In this document: piece after piece, positions 25,225 through 39,000 of the stretch
How positions within the stretch are numbered: position 1 is the stretch's first letter
Layout of the letters: every line of letters starts with the position of its first letter
Assembly: GCA_012026655.1 (NCBI GenBank)
Contig: JAAILG010000053.1
Location: 62,001-126,000 of the forward strand
Origin: Hydrolagus affinis
Lineage: Eukaryota
DNA: 64,000 nt
Reading direction: 5' to 3'
Made by a program: the position numbers and the translations under genes
Notes under the pieces: model-generated
Told to the model about the DNA's origin: nothing
What the model saw: only the letters and a program-made list of their open reading frames with translations
The model's database searches: none

Positions 25225-26960
25225 TTCTCGGGTACTTACTGTTAGTTAGTGAGTACACACACATGCACATACTTCACATAAAAATACACACGCAAACAAA
25301 CACAAAATAGTCATTCGCATGCACATCACACATACATCACACAAACACATACATGCGCGTGAACATACACATAAAATTTAATATTAATAAAAATAACAAT
25401 ACCAATAACAAGCAAACACATATACAATCAGAGCACTTACACACAAAGGCGCATTCATCCACAATACTATTTTAGACACACAAATATCAACGCATCTTTT
25501 AGATAATATTCCAACCTTGCCCAGTCTCTCACAATGAGAATGCTGTTAGTTCATTACAGATGAATCGATCGGGAAGCTCAACTTCACTTTTACATATCAA
25601 TTCTGTAAGAAAGATTAGTAACAAAAAATAAATATTTGTTTCAAACCAGTGAACACTATCCTTTTTACTGCAGAATTCCCGAGAAAGCCCCAGAAAAGTA
25701 TAATTACGCAAAGTTTATGGGCGAGATTCGGTTAAAGTTTCTTTTAATAAGTGACCAATGTGAAAGAGCTCATATAATATGTATGAATGTTATAACGCTG
25801 TATGCATGCAGTATTTTGGGTTTACTTTGAAACTTTATGAGTGTCGTTTTTCACCTTCTTGGAGTTTTTGTTAATCCTTTAGAAAATGTTAAACCGACCT
25901 GAAAGAGACCCAACTTCCTTATGCAGATGAATTTACTTTAAATTTATAGCTTCCCAAATATGCGTAATCTCTCCGTGCATCCATGTTTGAAAATGTTAGA
26001 CAAAGACACATTTGTATCAGAGAAAAGTGACGTGAGTGTTAAACGATTCTTAGTTTTTCTAAAAGTAAATGATTTTTAAAATATATATTTGAACCTCTAT
26101 TTAGACAGCTATCCATGTTACAGATCGCTGCCAGAAATTATTGTGTGTCCAATATAAATAGGATTATTAATCTAATTTTATTGATATTGTTATTATTTTT
26201 TTAAGGCACATCAGAATACCATCCTGGGTATTTAACGGGAATACAGAGAATCTCTGAACCGAAATTCTGCATTACAAACTCTCCGATGTTGAAAGCTTGT
26301 TCATTGTATTGAGTAAATTAGAAAGTATTGCATTTCCATCTCTCTTTTCATCCCATCCCCACCATTCCCTATATTAATTTGAGTGCAATATGATACTTAG
26401 AATACAATAGAAATTCCCTTCTAGATGCAGTATAAAAGAGCAGTTAATGCAAAACAATCATATATACAGAAAATACATTTAGGCTATTCTACTTATTATA
26501 ATTACATACTTATGTTTCATTTTTGAATATTTCATCAAAATCTATTTTAATTTATAACATTAAACATAAAACGGTAAAACCGACAAACTGAATTCAAATT
26601 GAATTTCTGCAGACTAATGATTCAATGGTTGTTGCAATCAAAGTTATAAATGCGCCTCAAATCACTATTATCGAGGCACGTAAATAATGCTCCATCAGCG
26701 GAAACAAGACAGTATGGTTTGTCAAACTGCGGGAAAAATCCTGAACATTGATTAAATATTGTATTATAGAAGTTGCGCTTCGCCGGGAGATCACCTTAAG
26801 ATTATCAGTTATAAAGTCGCTGTAAACATTTTGACTTTTCAGCAATTTCCGGAACTGACAATTAATGCGAGAAAGTAATCGCAATTCACTTGCGAGGAGA
26901 GCTTTTGAACGGCAGAGGGCGCGCTAGTGCAGCGAGCTGCAGAACAAATGGAAGATTAAA

Positions 26961-27082
26961 CAAAACACAAAATACTACAGATGCTGGGAATCTGAAAGCT
27001 GGGGAAACTCAGCAGGTCAGGCAGCATCCATGGAGAAAGGAAAAAGAGTCAACGTTTCGGGTCTACAACCTCTGACGAAGGG
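26961..27082 (+). repeat. Chondrichthyan-type interspersed repeat (AAATACTxCAGATGCTGG...CTCAGCAGGTCAGGCAGCATC)
   Basis: Recognisable motif. Related decayed copies lie near 30470-30560 (-) and 31540-31595 (+). Confidence 0.5.
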
Positions 27083-27154
27083 TTGCGGAGAGCACTATAT
27101 AAATTGAACTTGTTGTTTTGGTTGTCTACTTTTGGCATCACGTTTTATGCTAAT

Positions 27155-27358
27155 AATCCTTGCATTTTGTACAGCTTCATTCACATCAGACGGACTTCTC
27201 AAAAGTGCTTCACAGGAATTACTTATAATTATGGCCCATCTGCAGGGCACACCTCGCTGACAGTGCAACACATCTTCACCTCAGTCGATGTGAGTTCAAA
27301 GTAAACTCACAACCTTCTGACTCAGGGGCAAGGATACTAGAAATTGAACCAAACTGAC
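27155..27358 (-). mobile_element. Decayed SINE
   Basis: Tail CCTTGCATTT...CTCAAAAGTGCTTCACAG and reversed tRNA-like head ACAACCTTCTGACTCAG...TGAACCAAACTGAC. Confidence 0.45.
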
Positions 27359-29228
27359 ATATTTCCTAGATGGCTCCAAACATTATGCAAACATTATACT
27401 GGAAACAGAAAATAGAATTTAAAAAATCACAATAACTGCACTTACTACAATAAATCCCGCAAAGCTCTTCAAAGGATTCCGAAATGTGCTACATTAAATA
27501 TGAGGATTTTTCTTTTTTCCTAAACCAAACTACAGACTGTCAAAGATGCATCATGTCGTAGGATAAGACAATTTTGTTTAGTTGAGCTGAGTGGTGCATT
27601 TTGCATGAATTTCACAAAAATGTTTGAGTTGAGATTAATTACGATCCAGTAACAATGAGTTCTAAAATTAATACCTCTATTACAATTCTGTATAATTTAT
27701 TTCCATTAAAGACAATGAAAAAAAGTCTAACTAAATTTTCATCCCCCACAAATATCTTATACCTTTTGTATGAGATAATTTAATCTGCAATCAGACCACA
27801 TTCTTTGAACTTTTATTTGGTGACACCCAGTTAATATTGATGGAGGTTAACCTTGATTTTGGTGATCATTAACAGCTTCCTGAAATTCTGAGAAGCTTGT
27901 GAGAAATGTCTATGCATCAGTGTAAATGAATCAGTTTCTGTCTCTACCATATTGTCTTTACATGTGTTTCTATTATTTTCATAGTATCAAAATATAAGGT
28001 TCTTTTCTCTCTGAGAAAAAAAATCACTCAACACGGGTTAGTTGTGAAATATTTCCAATAGTTCTGTAAACACTGCAATGAAATAGTATTAGAATGAATT
28101 CCATTACAGTAAATACAGTTACGAAGAACATTGTCACACTGGATCCACATAACAATGAACGCAGTGATAATGAAATATTTTATGAATATTGTTGACATTG
28201 AGTTTTATTGTAATATTCTTTACTTTGAATTCCTATTGTACTTCATTCTTAAACCACCTTTAAGTAACGCAATTACTCTGTGATATTAAATAATCAGTAT
28301 TCTTACTCCAGAGTTAACTATAATTTAGTGCCGTGAGATTTTGAATTATTTTTTAGTTAGTAGTTATCGCAGTAAAATGTCCATAGTTTGGTTCATTTTA
28401 ATGATTTTTCATACAACAAATAATTTGTTAACATAAAATTCAAAGATAATTATATATACCGGTAGTTTATAAATGTAAATTTCCATTGACAGTTAAGATG
28501 GACATACATTGAGAGTAGCTCTCTTAATTAAGATTTTTTAATGAATTTTTTGTTCTAACTTTCTTGGAAAACTCTTTAAAATAATATTAATGCTTATCTA
28601 AACAACTGGAACTTTCAGTTGAAAACTGATTTGCAGAAAATGCCAGTTTAGGTTATTCACTTAATGTTGGGTGCCCATAGTAAATCTTTTTAAATTACTG
28701 AGCCCAATTAATGGTTAATCAGATGAAAGGTTGAGGACAAGTAGAGTGGTTTCAAACAAGAAGTCTCTTCTAAAATAATGGGTGGGACAATTACTTTGTG
28801 AAATTATAATTGCTCCTTTGTGATTTTTATTTAGCAAAGTTGCACTAGGGTTGAGATATTGAAATCTGGCAGCTTTCTCCGTGACTTTATTGAATAAATG
28901 AATAGCTGAGTCATGGAGGTCCCAGGAAGTGAGATTGGATTATCGTCTGAAAACAGTTAAATGATATTAGTTGGTAGCACAATGAGTTCTAAAATTGGTT
29001 TAATCATTGAAGTACTGTTATGTTACTCCTGGTTGCCAACTAATAATTGTTCTGTCAAGATATTGAATAAAAACTGGAGAAAGGAACCAATGGCTGTGAT
29101 TCTTTATGGTGATACAGCCTTCCCAAATTTTATTGTTATAACTTTTTTGGAACCCCTTTAGAAATAATATTGATAATGAACATTACAGGACTAAAACAGG
29201 TTGTTTCACCTGCACCAAATTTTGCTCC

Positions 29229-29663
29229 CCTATTACCCTAGTCCTTGCCAGACTTCACTGGCTCCCTATCCCAGAGAGGATTGACTTCAAGATCCTCACC
29301 CTTATCTTCAACTCCTCTGCATTCTCTACCTCTCGGACCTCCTCTCTCCTCAAACCAGTTCCTGTTGCTTTTGCTCCACTGGGTCTGACCTCCTCCATGT
29401 CCCCCGAATCCTCTGCTCCACCCTCAGCAGCCGTGCCTTCAGCCACTGTGCCCCAAGGCTCTGGAATTCCCTCCCTCACAACCTTCACCTTGCCCCTCTT
29501 TTCTCAGCTTCAGGTCGCAGCTGAAGATCTTTCTCTTCGACCGCGCCTTTGGTCACCTTTCTACCCCTACTCCTGGCTTGGTTCCGGGATCTGCTATTGT
29601 GAAGTGCTCTGAGACGCCGTCCAGCGTGGAGGGAGCTATATAAATCAAAGTCATTGTTGTTGT
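29229..29663 (+). mobile_element. L2-clade LINE 3-prime fragment
   Basis: Translates ITLVLARLHWLPIPERIDFKILTLIF and AFSHCAPRLWNSLP (L2 ORF2 C-terminus). Ends TGTGAAGTGCTCTGAGACG...GCTATATAAAT followed by (TTG)n. Confidence 0.85.
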
Positions 29664-31724
29664 GGGTCAACCTTACACCATTCTCTGTTTACACTCCATA
29701 CCCTTAAATAATCATTCTCTTCAACAATTCACCCAATCCCTTATGAAAAGTGCCAATGCACTGCACCTCCATTGTGGTATGTGGCAAAGAATTCCACATT
29801 CCAATCAACTTTGAATCTTGCTCGCTCCATTCCTTAGTTTTATGATCCACAAAAAAAACTGTCATCTAGTTTTTCCTATGAAAAATGTGAAGAAACCATT
29901 TTAAACGTAAACTTAAGATAACCCTTTCAGTTACACTATATTCATTTCACTGGGCTTGTGAAATCTTCTTCATATTATTGAGATCTAAAGCAGACTGAGA
30001 GTTCCTTTGCTGATTCTGTGTATTCAGTTGGTTACTATAAGCCTGACCTGTGTTTGGCTCAGCACTTGAGTTCCTCCTCCCGCTTCCACTATGACCTCTC
30101 TGCTCCACCCAAAGCAAATACAAACTTTAAGTGCAGGCATTTTTTTTTTTCGAATGAACTTTCCAGACTTCTGGTCTGAAAGCGTCTGGAATTATCTCCA
30201 CCCTTAATCGCCTCTTCCATGTTTTTTTCTTTCCTTCTCTATCTTTTTTTCTGAGCCTTACCGAGATTTCACTCAGTGTTCTCTGATCTCCCCTACACCC
30301 CAATGACAACTCTCATAAGTCCGTTAAAGACCCATTAAAATGTCTTTCATATTCATGTTTTCAAACATTTATTTGTGTTTGTTTTAAATGTTTATTTGCA
30401 GTTCTTCAGCTCTGTAAGTAGCGCAGAGGAAACTCCAATTTACATTAAGCCAGGATTGATGAAATATTATGCCCGAAATGTTAACTTATTCTCCTCTTTT
30501 GATTGATCTGTTGTGAAAGTCCTGCGATTTTTGTTTTTGTTGCAGGTTTCCAACATCTTCACTTCCTTTTTCGTATTGGTGTTTTTCAGCTTTCCCCAGT
30601 TGTTGGGGTTTTGTGTGTTTAACGTTAGAGGCAGCTGAAACCGGAAACGTGTGGCTACTCTCCATCTTGACACCATGAATGTGTTTGAGTGGCAGCTTGA
30701 ACAGGATGTTCAGCTCACAATTTACCATCCAGTCATAAGAATCCAACAGGTGGCGATCTACACAGAATTTCTGCTCTGAGGCAAAATCCAACCAATTATT
30801 TTATGCAGCATATACTACATTCAAATATAGACAGACGTTCTTTATCTCTTGCATGTGAGAGATCGAGAGCCGTTATTAAAGTTTGAAATTGAAAAAAACT
30901 AAAATGGTTAGGGTTGTCCAGTTGGCTTCAAACAAAGGGAGAGATGCCCCGAAGTGCACAGCAACTCGCATTTCAATAAATGCATATTAGTTTTTAATGA
31001 TATAATTAAACAGTCAATAACCACTCCTCAGTGGCAGTATTATAACATTGAGGCAGGAAATAAATAAACACAAAAATGATTAAAATCAACTCTTTTTATT
31101 AACATCTTATCAGCATTCTCAAAACAGTAACATTATTTATCGAACGACACCTTCACTATGTCAAAAAGGTTCGATTCTACACAAATCCACATCATATGCT
31201 TTTGTCAAGAATATATATACTACATAAAAAAATGTCCATGTTTCACTGTCATCTCTGTAGGCCTCTGTCTGACTGTCACCACCAACCCCCTCTCTGGACT
31301 GAATTATGATTCAGTCTATGCTTCTGTTTATTTATTTGATTAAATTCATTATACATATATAATTGCAGAAATATGATCAAATCATTCATTCCCACCAAGC
31401 ACAAAAAACTGTTTGAGAATGGTCTAGGTATAACTTTATAATTGCCTTCATAGGCTAAACACATCTTTAAGAAGGTTACTGATCAAAGACTAGTCTTTGT
31501 TTTCTGACCATTTTCAGTGGGCAAAGATTTCCATGTCAACAAAATGCAAAATACTGCAGATGCTGTATGTCTGAAGGAGAAACAGAAATCACTGGGTCCA
31601 CAATGCTCCATCAAAACAGACAATGATAAGTCATGTCATCAGGTCGCCCTCATGGCCTTGTTGTTCTTTTTGACGAAATATCATGGTCCCAAAACTGTGG
31701 TGCATAATGTTTCAACAACAAAAT

Positions 31725-32085
31725 ACAACAACAAAATTACACTTGTATAGCACCTTTCACATCAGGAGGATATCTCAAGCTGTTGGACAGTCATTGTTTC
31801 AGACTCAAGCTGGGGGTCAGGAACACGGAGGGTGAGGGAAAGGGGAGGATTTGGAATGACTGATGGGACTGTGAAAGAGGAGGGTGTCGAGGCGAGACTT
31901 GAAGGAGGCCAGGAAGGAGGTGAGGCAGAGGGCTTGCTGGATGGAATTCCAAATTTGGGGGCAGAGTGGCTGAAGGCTCATCCGCCAATGGTGGGGTGGG
32001 TGCGCCGGAGGACGTAGAGGGGCTTAGGAGGTTGGTAGAGGGTAAGGAGGTTGCAGATATAGAGTGAGGCGAGGCCATGGAGGGC
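31725..32085 (-). mobile_element. L2-clade LINE 3-prime fragment
   Basis: Reverse complement has GCCTTCAGCCACTCTGCCCCCAAATTTGGAATTCC, homologous to 29435-29472, and a (CAA)n tail on the left. Confidence 0.7.
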
Positions 32086-32640
32086 TATATTTCACTATAT
32101 GAAGCAATCGTATTTGATGTTGCATAATAATGTAGAACTATCTCACTTGTTTAATTTGTGTTGCAACTATTAAATCCCAGCTAATATTTATGACGTCCAT
32201 TAATGGCAGTAATGGAATCCAGCCAGATTATGTAACTAATGTAGTAAATCATTTAAACGATAATAATAAGGTTTAACTGATTGCCTGCTCCAGCATACAA
32301 TAGAAACCTACAAAAGATTCCCATGTTGAGGTTAACCAATGTAGATTGAATATAAAATATTTATTCTTATTAGATAAGTGGCACAATGCAAACATGTGCA
32401 ATTTATGGGCATTTTGATTTATTATACACTCCAAATATTACAATTCCTCTTAAATAATTGGAAACACATAAATAATGTCACATAAAATTAGAAATATAAA
32501 ATTGAAACACTGGATGTCTAAGATGTGGTTGCCAATTTTCTCAAAATAAACTCTGGCAAAAACATCTTCACAGATTTGCAGATTTCACCTCATCTAAGTT
32601 AAGAGTGTACAGAATACTGTGTTTGATGCAAAGACAATCA

Positions 32641-32885
32641 TAAGGTGATACCTTGCACAAGTTTTCCTTACTCCATACACCTGATAATAATCCCTCTGGG
32701 AAAAAATAATAATAATTGGGTCACTTCAATCCATGACTGTTTGTAGACCACTGCTGCGTGCAATTGACTGCCGTGTTTTGCCCACAAAATATACAGTCAA
32801 TTCGCTTTACAGTATATTCTGAGAACCACTTTGAGATGTCCAGAAGACATGAGAAGTGCTATATCAAATGTGTAAATTATTATTA
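32641..32885 (+). mobile_element. tRNA-derived SINE, 5-prime truncated
   Basis: Body and tail match the copy at 35164-35454. Confidence 0.85.
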
Positions 32886-34322
32886 TATATAAAGTTTAGT
32901 TTTGAAGCTATTCAATAAAAGTTTGAATCATATTGGAAGAATCACTTTTTTCAGTAACTTGATTCAAAACTGAGGCAGGGCCATTAGATTCAACACAAAA
33001 TAAAAATAAAAATAGCAAGGATTACATCAAAATGCAAATAAGCATATTTCATAGGCAGAGCCAATAATCTGAACTATGTGGATGTCTGCAATCTTAAACA
33101 TTTGTTCCATCAAAATAAAAGTACAAAGAAAGTAATCCAGTCATAAGACAGGCAGACACTGACAAACACAATCACACTCAGGGACTGACAGACTGATGGA
33201 GGTTAAATGCTTCACCTTCTAGCCAGAAAGAAAGGATGACAATTCAAGTGCATTCATGGAAAGATAGTCTCACAGATAAAATTCCTCTCTCTGTGATTAA
33301 CACCTGATGATTTGATGTTTAGATGAACCTATTCTTTCACAATGTTATGTTGCGATCAATATTCAATTATAACATGTAGGTATTGCACTTGAAATTGTTA
33401 TCACCTTTCATCTATATGCGACTAGTTTCTGCTTTCTTGCACCTCATAATAATCCTTGTATTCGATGTAGTATCTTTTCACATCGTTGAGACAACTTCAA
33501 GCGCTTCACTGGATTTGACCCTGAAGTGCAGTGACAGTGGAGAAATTCAGCAACCAATTCGCACAAAAATGTCCTACAGCTATGAAGTGAATGAACAATG
33601 TTACCTTTAGGGCTATACACAATTAAAGGATCTAAATGAAATGTATTTGACATTTTCTGTTTTACTGATAAAAGGATAGACCTGAAACCTACCAATTCTA
33701 TCAGATTCAATTTGGTCATGTCCAGCTTTATCTGTTTTTATTTTGGATTTCCAGCAATTTATGATTTTTGTTCTAAATATTCTATGAGTTGGGTTTCTGT
33801 CATTCCTTAGTGCTGTGCACTCCACAGCTAGGTTTAAAATTGTACAGGTAAATTGGCATCTAGCATTTCATAATAACTTCAAAGTGGATAATATAGCATA
33901 AGCTAATATAATAACTGATTTTGCAATATATAGTAATAAATTCATAGAAACTAGCCAACTAACTATGCCATGGCTTCAGATAGAGATCATGAAGTAAAGG
34001 TGAAAATACGAATACTAACATGCACAAATCAAATTGTTCTGTAATGTGTATTTATTCTATGTCTATATATTGTGTAACATTTGGAATGCTACATCTAAAA
34101 TAATCATTGTATTCTGATTCTGAACTTTGAAAAAGATTTCATATTTGTTTAATTGCTCATTAACTTTAATTACCTTACTAATAATGAGTAATATTATACA
34201 TGATAAATGTGTTTCTTTTAAAGTACCTTTTATTTATCACACTTCATAATTCTTAACATTTTAACACTAATGTAAAATGGACTAACTTGGTGTTTAATGA
34301 ATCTGCTGCATATTAATATAAT

Positions 34323-34362
34323 ATTTAATGGCATACTTAATATAATAAGTATGCCATTAAAT
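34323..34362. repeat. Perfect 17-bp inverted repeat, 6-nt loop
   Basis: ATTTAATGGCATACTTA-ATATAA-TAAGTATGCCATTAAAT. Confidence 0.9.
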
Positions 34363-34689
34363 CACTTTTACTTAGCAGAAATTGGGATGCACAATACCAA
34401 ATATTTCAGCTAATCTGTTAGAAAAATTAAGAAAAGTAATGCTGAAATTCAAACCTCTTTAATAAAGTGTTTATTTCCAATATTTTCTCATTTGTATTGA
34501 AAATGTATTTGTTGTGTATTTATGCAGTGACATATATATATATATATATGTGTATGCATTCACATGTAAACAAATAAACAAATTCACATATGAAAAACCA
34601 CACATGCCTATTCTTACCTATGTGCACATATATAAAAATATTATATATACATAACATTTCCAAGTATTGTGGCAGTGGTTAATTTATAA

Positions 34690-35094
34690 TAAGAATAACA
34701 ATCCTTGAATTTGATATAGCACTTTTCACGTCTTCTAGACATCTCAAAGCGCTTCACAGAATATACTGTAAAGTGAATTGACTGTGTAATTGTGGGCGAA
34801 ATGCAGCAGCCAACTGCACATAGTAGTGTTCCACAAACAGTCATGGATTGAAAAGACCAATTGTTTTTAAGGGATTATTAGAAGTGAATTGACTGTGTAT
34901 AGGTGGGCCAATTGCACACAGTAGTGCCTCACAAACAGTTGTGGATTGGAATGATAAATTATTAGTTTTTTGAGGGATTTCTATTAGGAGTGTGGAGTAA
35001 GGAAACGTGCCCAAGGTTTCGCCCTGACCTGCCTGGATTCAAAAACAGGTCTCATCCTAAGGCGGGTGCTCTAACCACTGAACTACAGGACTCC
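34690..35094 (-). mobile_element. tRNA-derived SINE with internal duplication
   Basis: Head GGAGTCCTGTAGTTCAGTGGTTAGAGCAC at 35094. The central segment is present twice (34771-34880 and 34881-34985). Confidence 0.9.
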
Positions 35095-35163
35095 ACTATT
35101 TTGCAGATAAGCACATTGAAATATAACAGTACACAAATGTGTGTAAAATACATATCATGTTTA

Positions 35164-35454
35164 GGAGTCCTGTAGCTCAGTGGTTAGAACACTTGCCTTA
35201 TAAGTGAGAGACCAGGGCTCATTTCCAGGCAGGGTGAAATCTTGGGCAATTTTCCTTACTCCACACTCCTAATAGAAATCCCTCAAAAAACAAAAAATTT
35301 ATCATTCCAATCCACAACTGTTTGCGAGGCACTGCTGTGTGCAATTGGCCCACATATATACAGTCAATTCACTTTACAGTATATATTCTGTGAAGCGCTT
35401 TGAGACGACTAGAAGACATGAAAAGTGCTATATCAAATGCAAGGATTATTATTA
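35164..35454 (+). mobile_element. tRNA-derived SINE, full length, L2-like tail
   Basis: GGAGTCCTGTAGCTCAGTGGTTAG (A box) through GTGAAGCGCTTTGAGACG...GCTATATCAAATGCAAGG(ATT)n. Confidence 0.9.
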
Positions 35455-35557
35455 TAAATAAATGGCAGACATAAACGAATAATTAGAATACTATAATTTA
35501 TACTTTTGTTTGTTCGCTACCCACTACAATAAAAGGGTCAAACGGAAGACTATTATG

Positions 35558-35865
35558 ATAATAATAATCATAATAATAATCCTTGCATTTGATATAGCAC
35601 TTTTCATGTCTGCTAGATGTCTCAAAGCGCTTCACAGAAATGTGCTGTGTAGAGAATTGAATTGTGGGTGAAATGTGGCAGCCGATTGCGGCAGCCAGTG
35701 TCCCACAGACAGCCGTGGATTGAAATGACCAACTTTTTTTTTGAGGAATTATTATTATGTGTGTGGAGTAAAACATTGCCCAATGTTTCACCTGATCTGC
35801 CTGGATTCGAACACAGGTCTCGCGCTTGTAAGGCGCGTTCGCTAACCACTGAGTTACAGGACTCC
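35558..35865 (-). mobile_element. tRNA-derived SINE, full length
   Basis: Same family; B box GTTCGAATCC is intact on the minus strand. Confidence 0.9.
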
Positions 35866-38099
35866 ACTCTTAAGCAGAGTGATGGGTTTCTATGGGAATC
35901 AGACACTAAACTGACAGAACAAGTGGGTTGAAAACAGTGCTGTTCTACATTGTATAGACTACTAGCCCATTTGGAAGCAGATCCATCACATTCTCAACCA
36001 CCTTTAAAAAATAATAAAGGTCTATAGTATGATACTGTTTAAGGGGGTGGGGCAAAGGAAAATTAATTTATAACGATAATACTGTACTGAATTTTGACAA
36101 TAAATACAATTATAAAAGTACGATTTATATTCAGTTTATCTTGCTATTGTTCAAAACTGATTGAGACTTACAAGTGTTCATACATGACACTACATGAACA
36201 CTAATTGCAAAAACACTATCTTTGTATGTTTGATACATGTTAAGAAATTATATTTTAATTATCTGCATTACAATATTTAATCTAATTATTTAAGATAGGA
36301 GATACCATAGATAGAATGCATGTGCGTTCAATATTTGCTTCGAGGTATTTATACAGGCCCATTGCATTATAGAAATGTTCACACTAGTCAATAACTACCA
36401 GGAATAGTTTAAAAAACAAACGTTTGCTCTGAGATTTCCTTTCAACATTGTAATTTCTTAAATATTTACTTTCTAACAGTTTCAGAAATATTTCAACTTT
36501 TAGTTGAAACTTTTTAGTTTCGATTTCTTTCTTCAATTCTTTACTTTGTTTGGTCATTTTGCTATTTAAGTTATTACTTGTTTCCCTGTGGACATTTTGT
36601 AAATCAATATATTATTCATATGGATGGAAGCCCAATCGTATTTATGTAAGTATTTGCCTCCGATAATTTCTCACCCTAAAGTTTTACCTGGATTTGAACC
36701 GATGCATATTTTGTGCAAAATAACCAAATGTGCAGAAATAATTAGTGAATCGATTCTAAATCCAGTACAATTACTTAGCAGTTAAAATGCATTGCTTTTA
36801 GGGAAGAAATAATTTTCAGCTCGAATTAGCCGTCTGCCGTCTATTCCTATGTGAAAATAAACAGATCATCTGTGTTAACGTTAAACTGTATTCAATAAGG
36901 GCAGAGACTTGCTTGCAACGTGAACTAATTCACGGTAGAAGGAGAAAACTCCTCCCCACGGGCTATTTGGTTCATGCAATGTTAGGATTAAAATGATTTA
37001 CGGAAGATATAATTTAGCCATATAGAATATTTTGTCGGTCAAATATGGAATTTAGACGCGATTCATTTAATTTCACACAATATCTTTCACTCAAAACCCC
37101 ACTAAATATTATGTACCAAGTCTCCATCTCCTCACCAATGATTCCAGGCTGCACCTGAATTAGACCACTTTCTCATTCTTCATTTTTACAAGACGTTGTT
37201 TGTCGCCCAGACATGACGGACACGAGTTGGGTTGATGATTTGCACTGAAATATTGAGCGACGCTGTAATGCTTGGGTAAGGATTATGGCTGTAATATATT
37301 TTCTGGATCAGGAATCTAATGTTAGCTAATGGAAAATGATTCAACATATTGTAATTTAGTCTAATGAGCGCATGGCAGATCATTATGACGCTCTGTGCAT
37401 GTTTACATGCATTTACCCAGAACCAGCAGTTGTCACATCATAAAGATAACGAAATGCTGCCTTAATATAGAGCTGCTCTTACAAAGTTGCCTTGTTAACG
37501 GATTAGAAATAATTCCATGTACAGTATTTTCCAGCAAGCACCTTCGCAATTCTTGTGCGTGTTGTTCAACCTTGTTGTAAGAGATTACACGGCACCCAGC
37601 CCAAATTGTCGTCTTAAAAAAATAGTTACCAGGATAATCTCTAGGTATTTTTGGGGGGGGAGGGGAAGGGTGGTTCCTCGAATGTCATGGATATGGTGTT
37701 AACTATCGTCTCTAGTAGTTGAGGCTTGTGAGGCGAAGATATAAATATCCAACACGGCTGATTTTACGCATTTTAGAACATTTCGAAACGACGCGAATCT
37801 TGAAGACCAACGTGAGCACAAATTCTGGCTGAGAATTTTAAAATCTCAAACTGAACAATTTGAACGACTCAGGGTGTTTCTAAACACTTTTACTGCAGGT
37901 CGTGGATATATGTACACGTGCGTAAATAGATGGCACAGGCGCTCGCCTATTGCAGGATATTGTCTGTGTTGGAGGAATAATTATATTCCTTACATTTGAT
38001 ATATCGCTGGTCACATTGGGAGGACGTCTCAAAATGCTTCACGAGATAGAGTAAAATGTAATAATTGTGTATTTTGTTTTGGCAAACCGCGACAGCCAG

Positions 38100-39000
38100 C
38101 CAGTATGTGAACTAGTGAGAATACGCATTTGGGTTTGGAGAGACAGAGAGAGTATTTTGTATGAGAATGCATGTGTGAAAGAACATCTGGATTTTTGTGT
38201 GAAAACATTGATATATAATGTATGTACTGTCTACGTGAATAGATGTGTGATACAACACTTAAAGGGATTTTTCGATGACGTGATAAGTCGCTGTATCAAA
38301 TGCAACGGTTATTGTTTATTATAAGACAACACATACATTTGTGTGTTGAATTTACTTGTTATAGATGTGTGTGAGAGTATGTTTGCATAGTGTGTTACTA
38401 TACAGTATATGCTGCTCGTCAAACTGTGTTCAAGAGCATATGTGTGTGGATGACAATGGTGTGTCAGTGTGAGCCAATAAGTTAGAGAAGAGATGGGAGG
38501 TGGGGGGGGGGGTTGGGGGGAGAGAAGAGGTGAATATTTTGTCAGTAGTATCAAGTTAGTGTAATAATAAGTTTCTATCGGAGAGTGGTGAGTATGTGAG
38601 ATAGAATATCAGAGAACTATTGCAGTGTGCACCAATACCTGTGTATGAGTACAGATTTGTTTGTGAGAGACAGAATATGAATTCATGAAATAATAGGTCT
38701 GTGTGTGAGAGTAACTGTATGCTTCAGTGGATTTGTATGTGTCAGGAGAGGTTTGCAAGCGTGATATTGTGTTTATGTATGTAAGATTGTTTGTGTATGT
38801 AAGAACAGGTATGTTTTTGTCTATGTAAGTGGGTACAGTATATGAAAGAGAGAGAATGGGTGTATGAGTCAAGTTCTGAATGAAAAGAAGTGGATCAGTA
38901 TGTGTGAGAGTAGATTTTTAAATGTGAGTGTTTGTATATACGAATAATGTTTTGTGTGAGATTAATTTTGCATGTGAGAATTTGTGTGTTGGATAATGCA
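38100..39000. repeat. Degenerate TG/GA-rich low-complexity tract
   Basis: Recurrent TGTGTGAGAG / GTATGT units with no coding signal. Confidence 0.55.

Noticed and set aside
35164-35235. tRNA gene-like sequence
   Set aside because: It is the head of a multi-copy SINE, continuous with the SINE body and tail.
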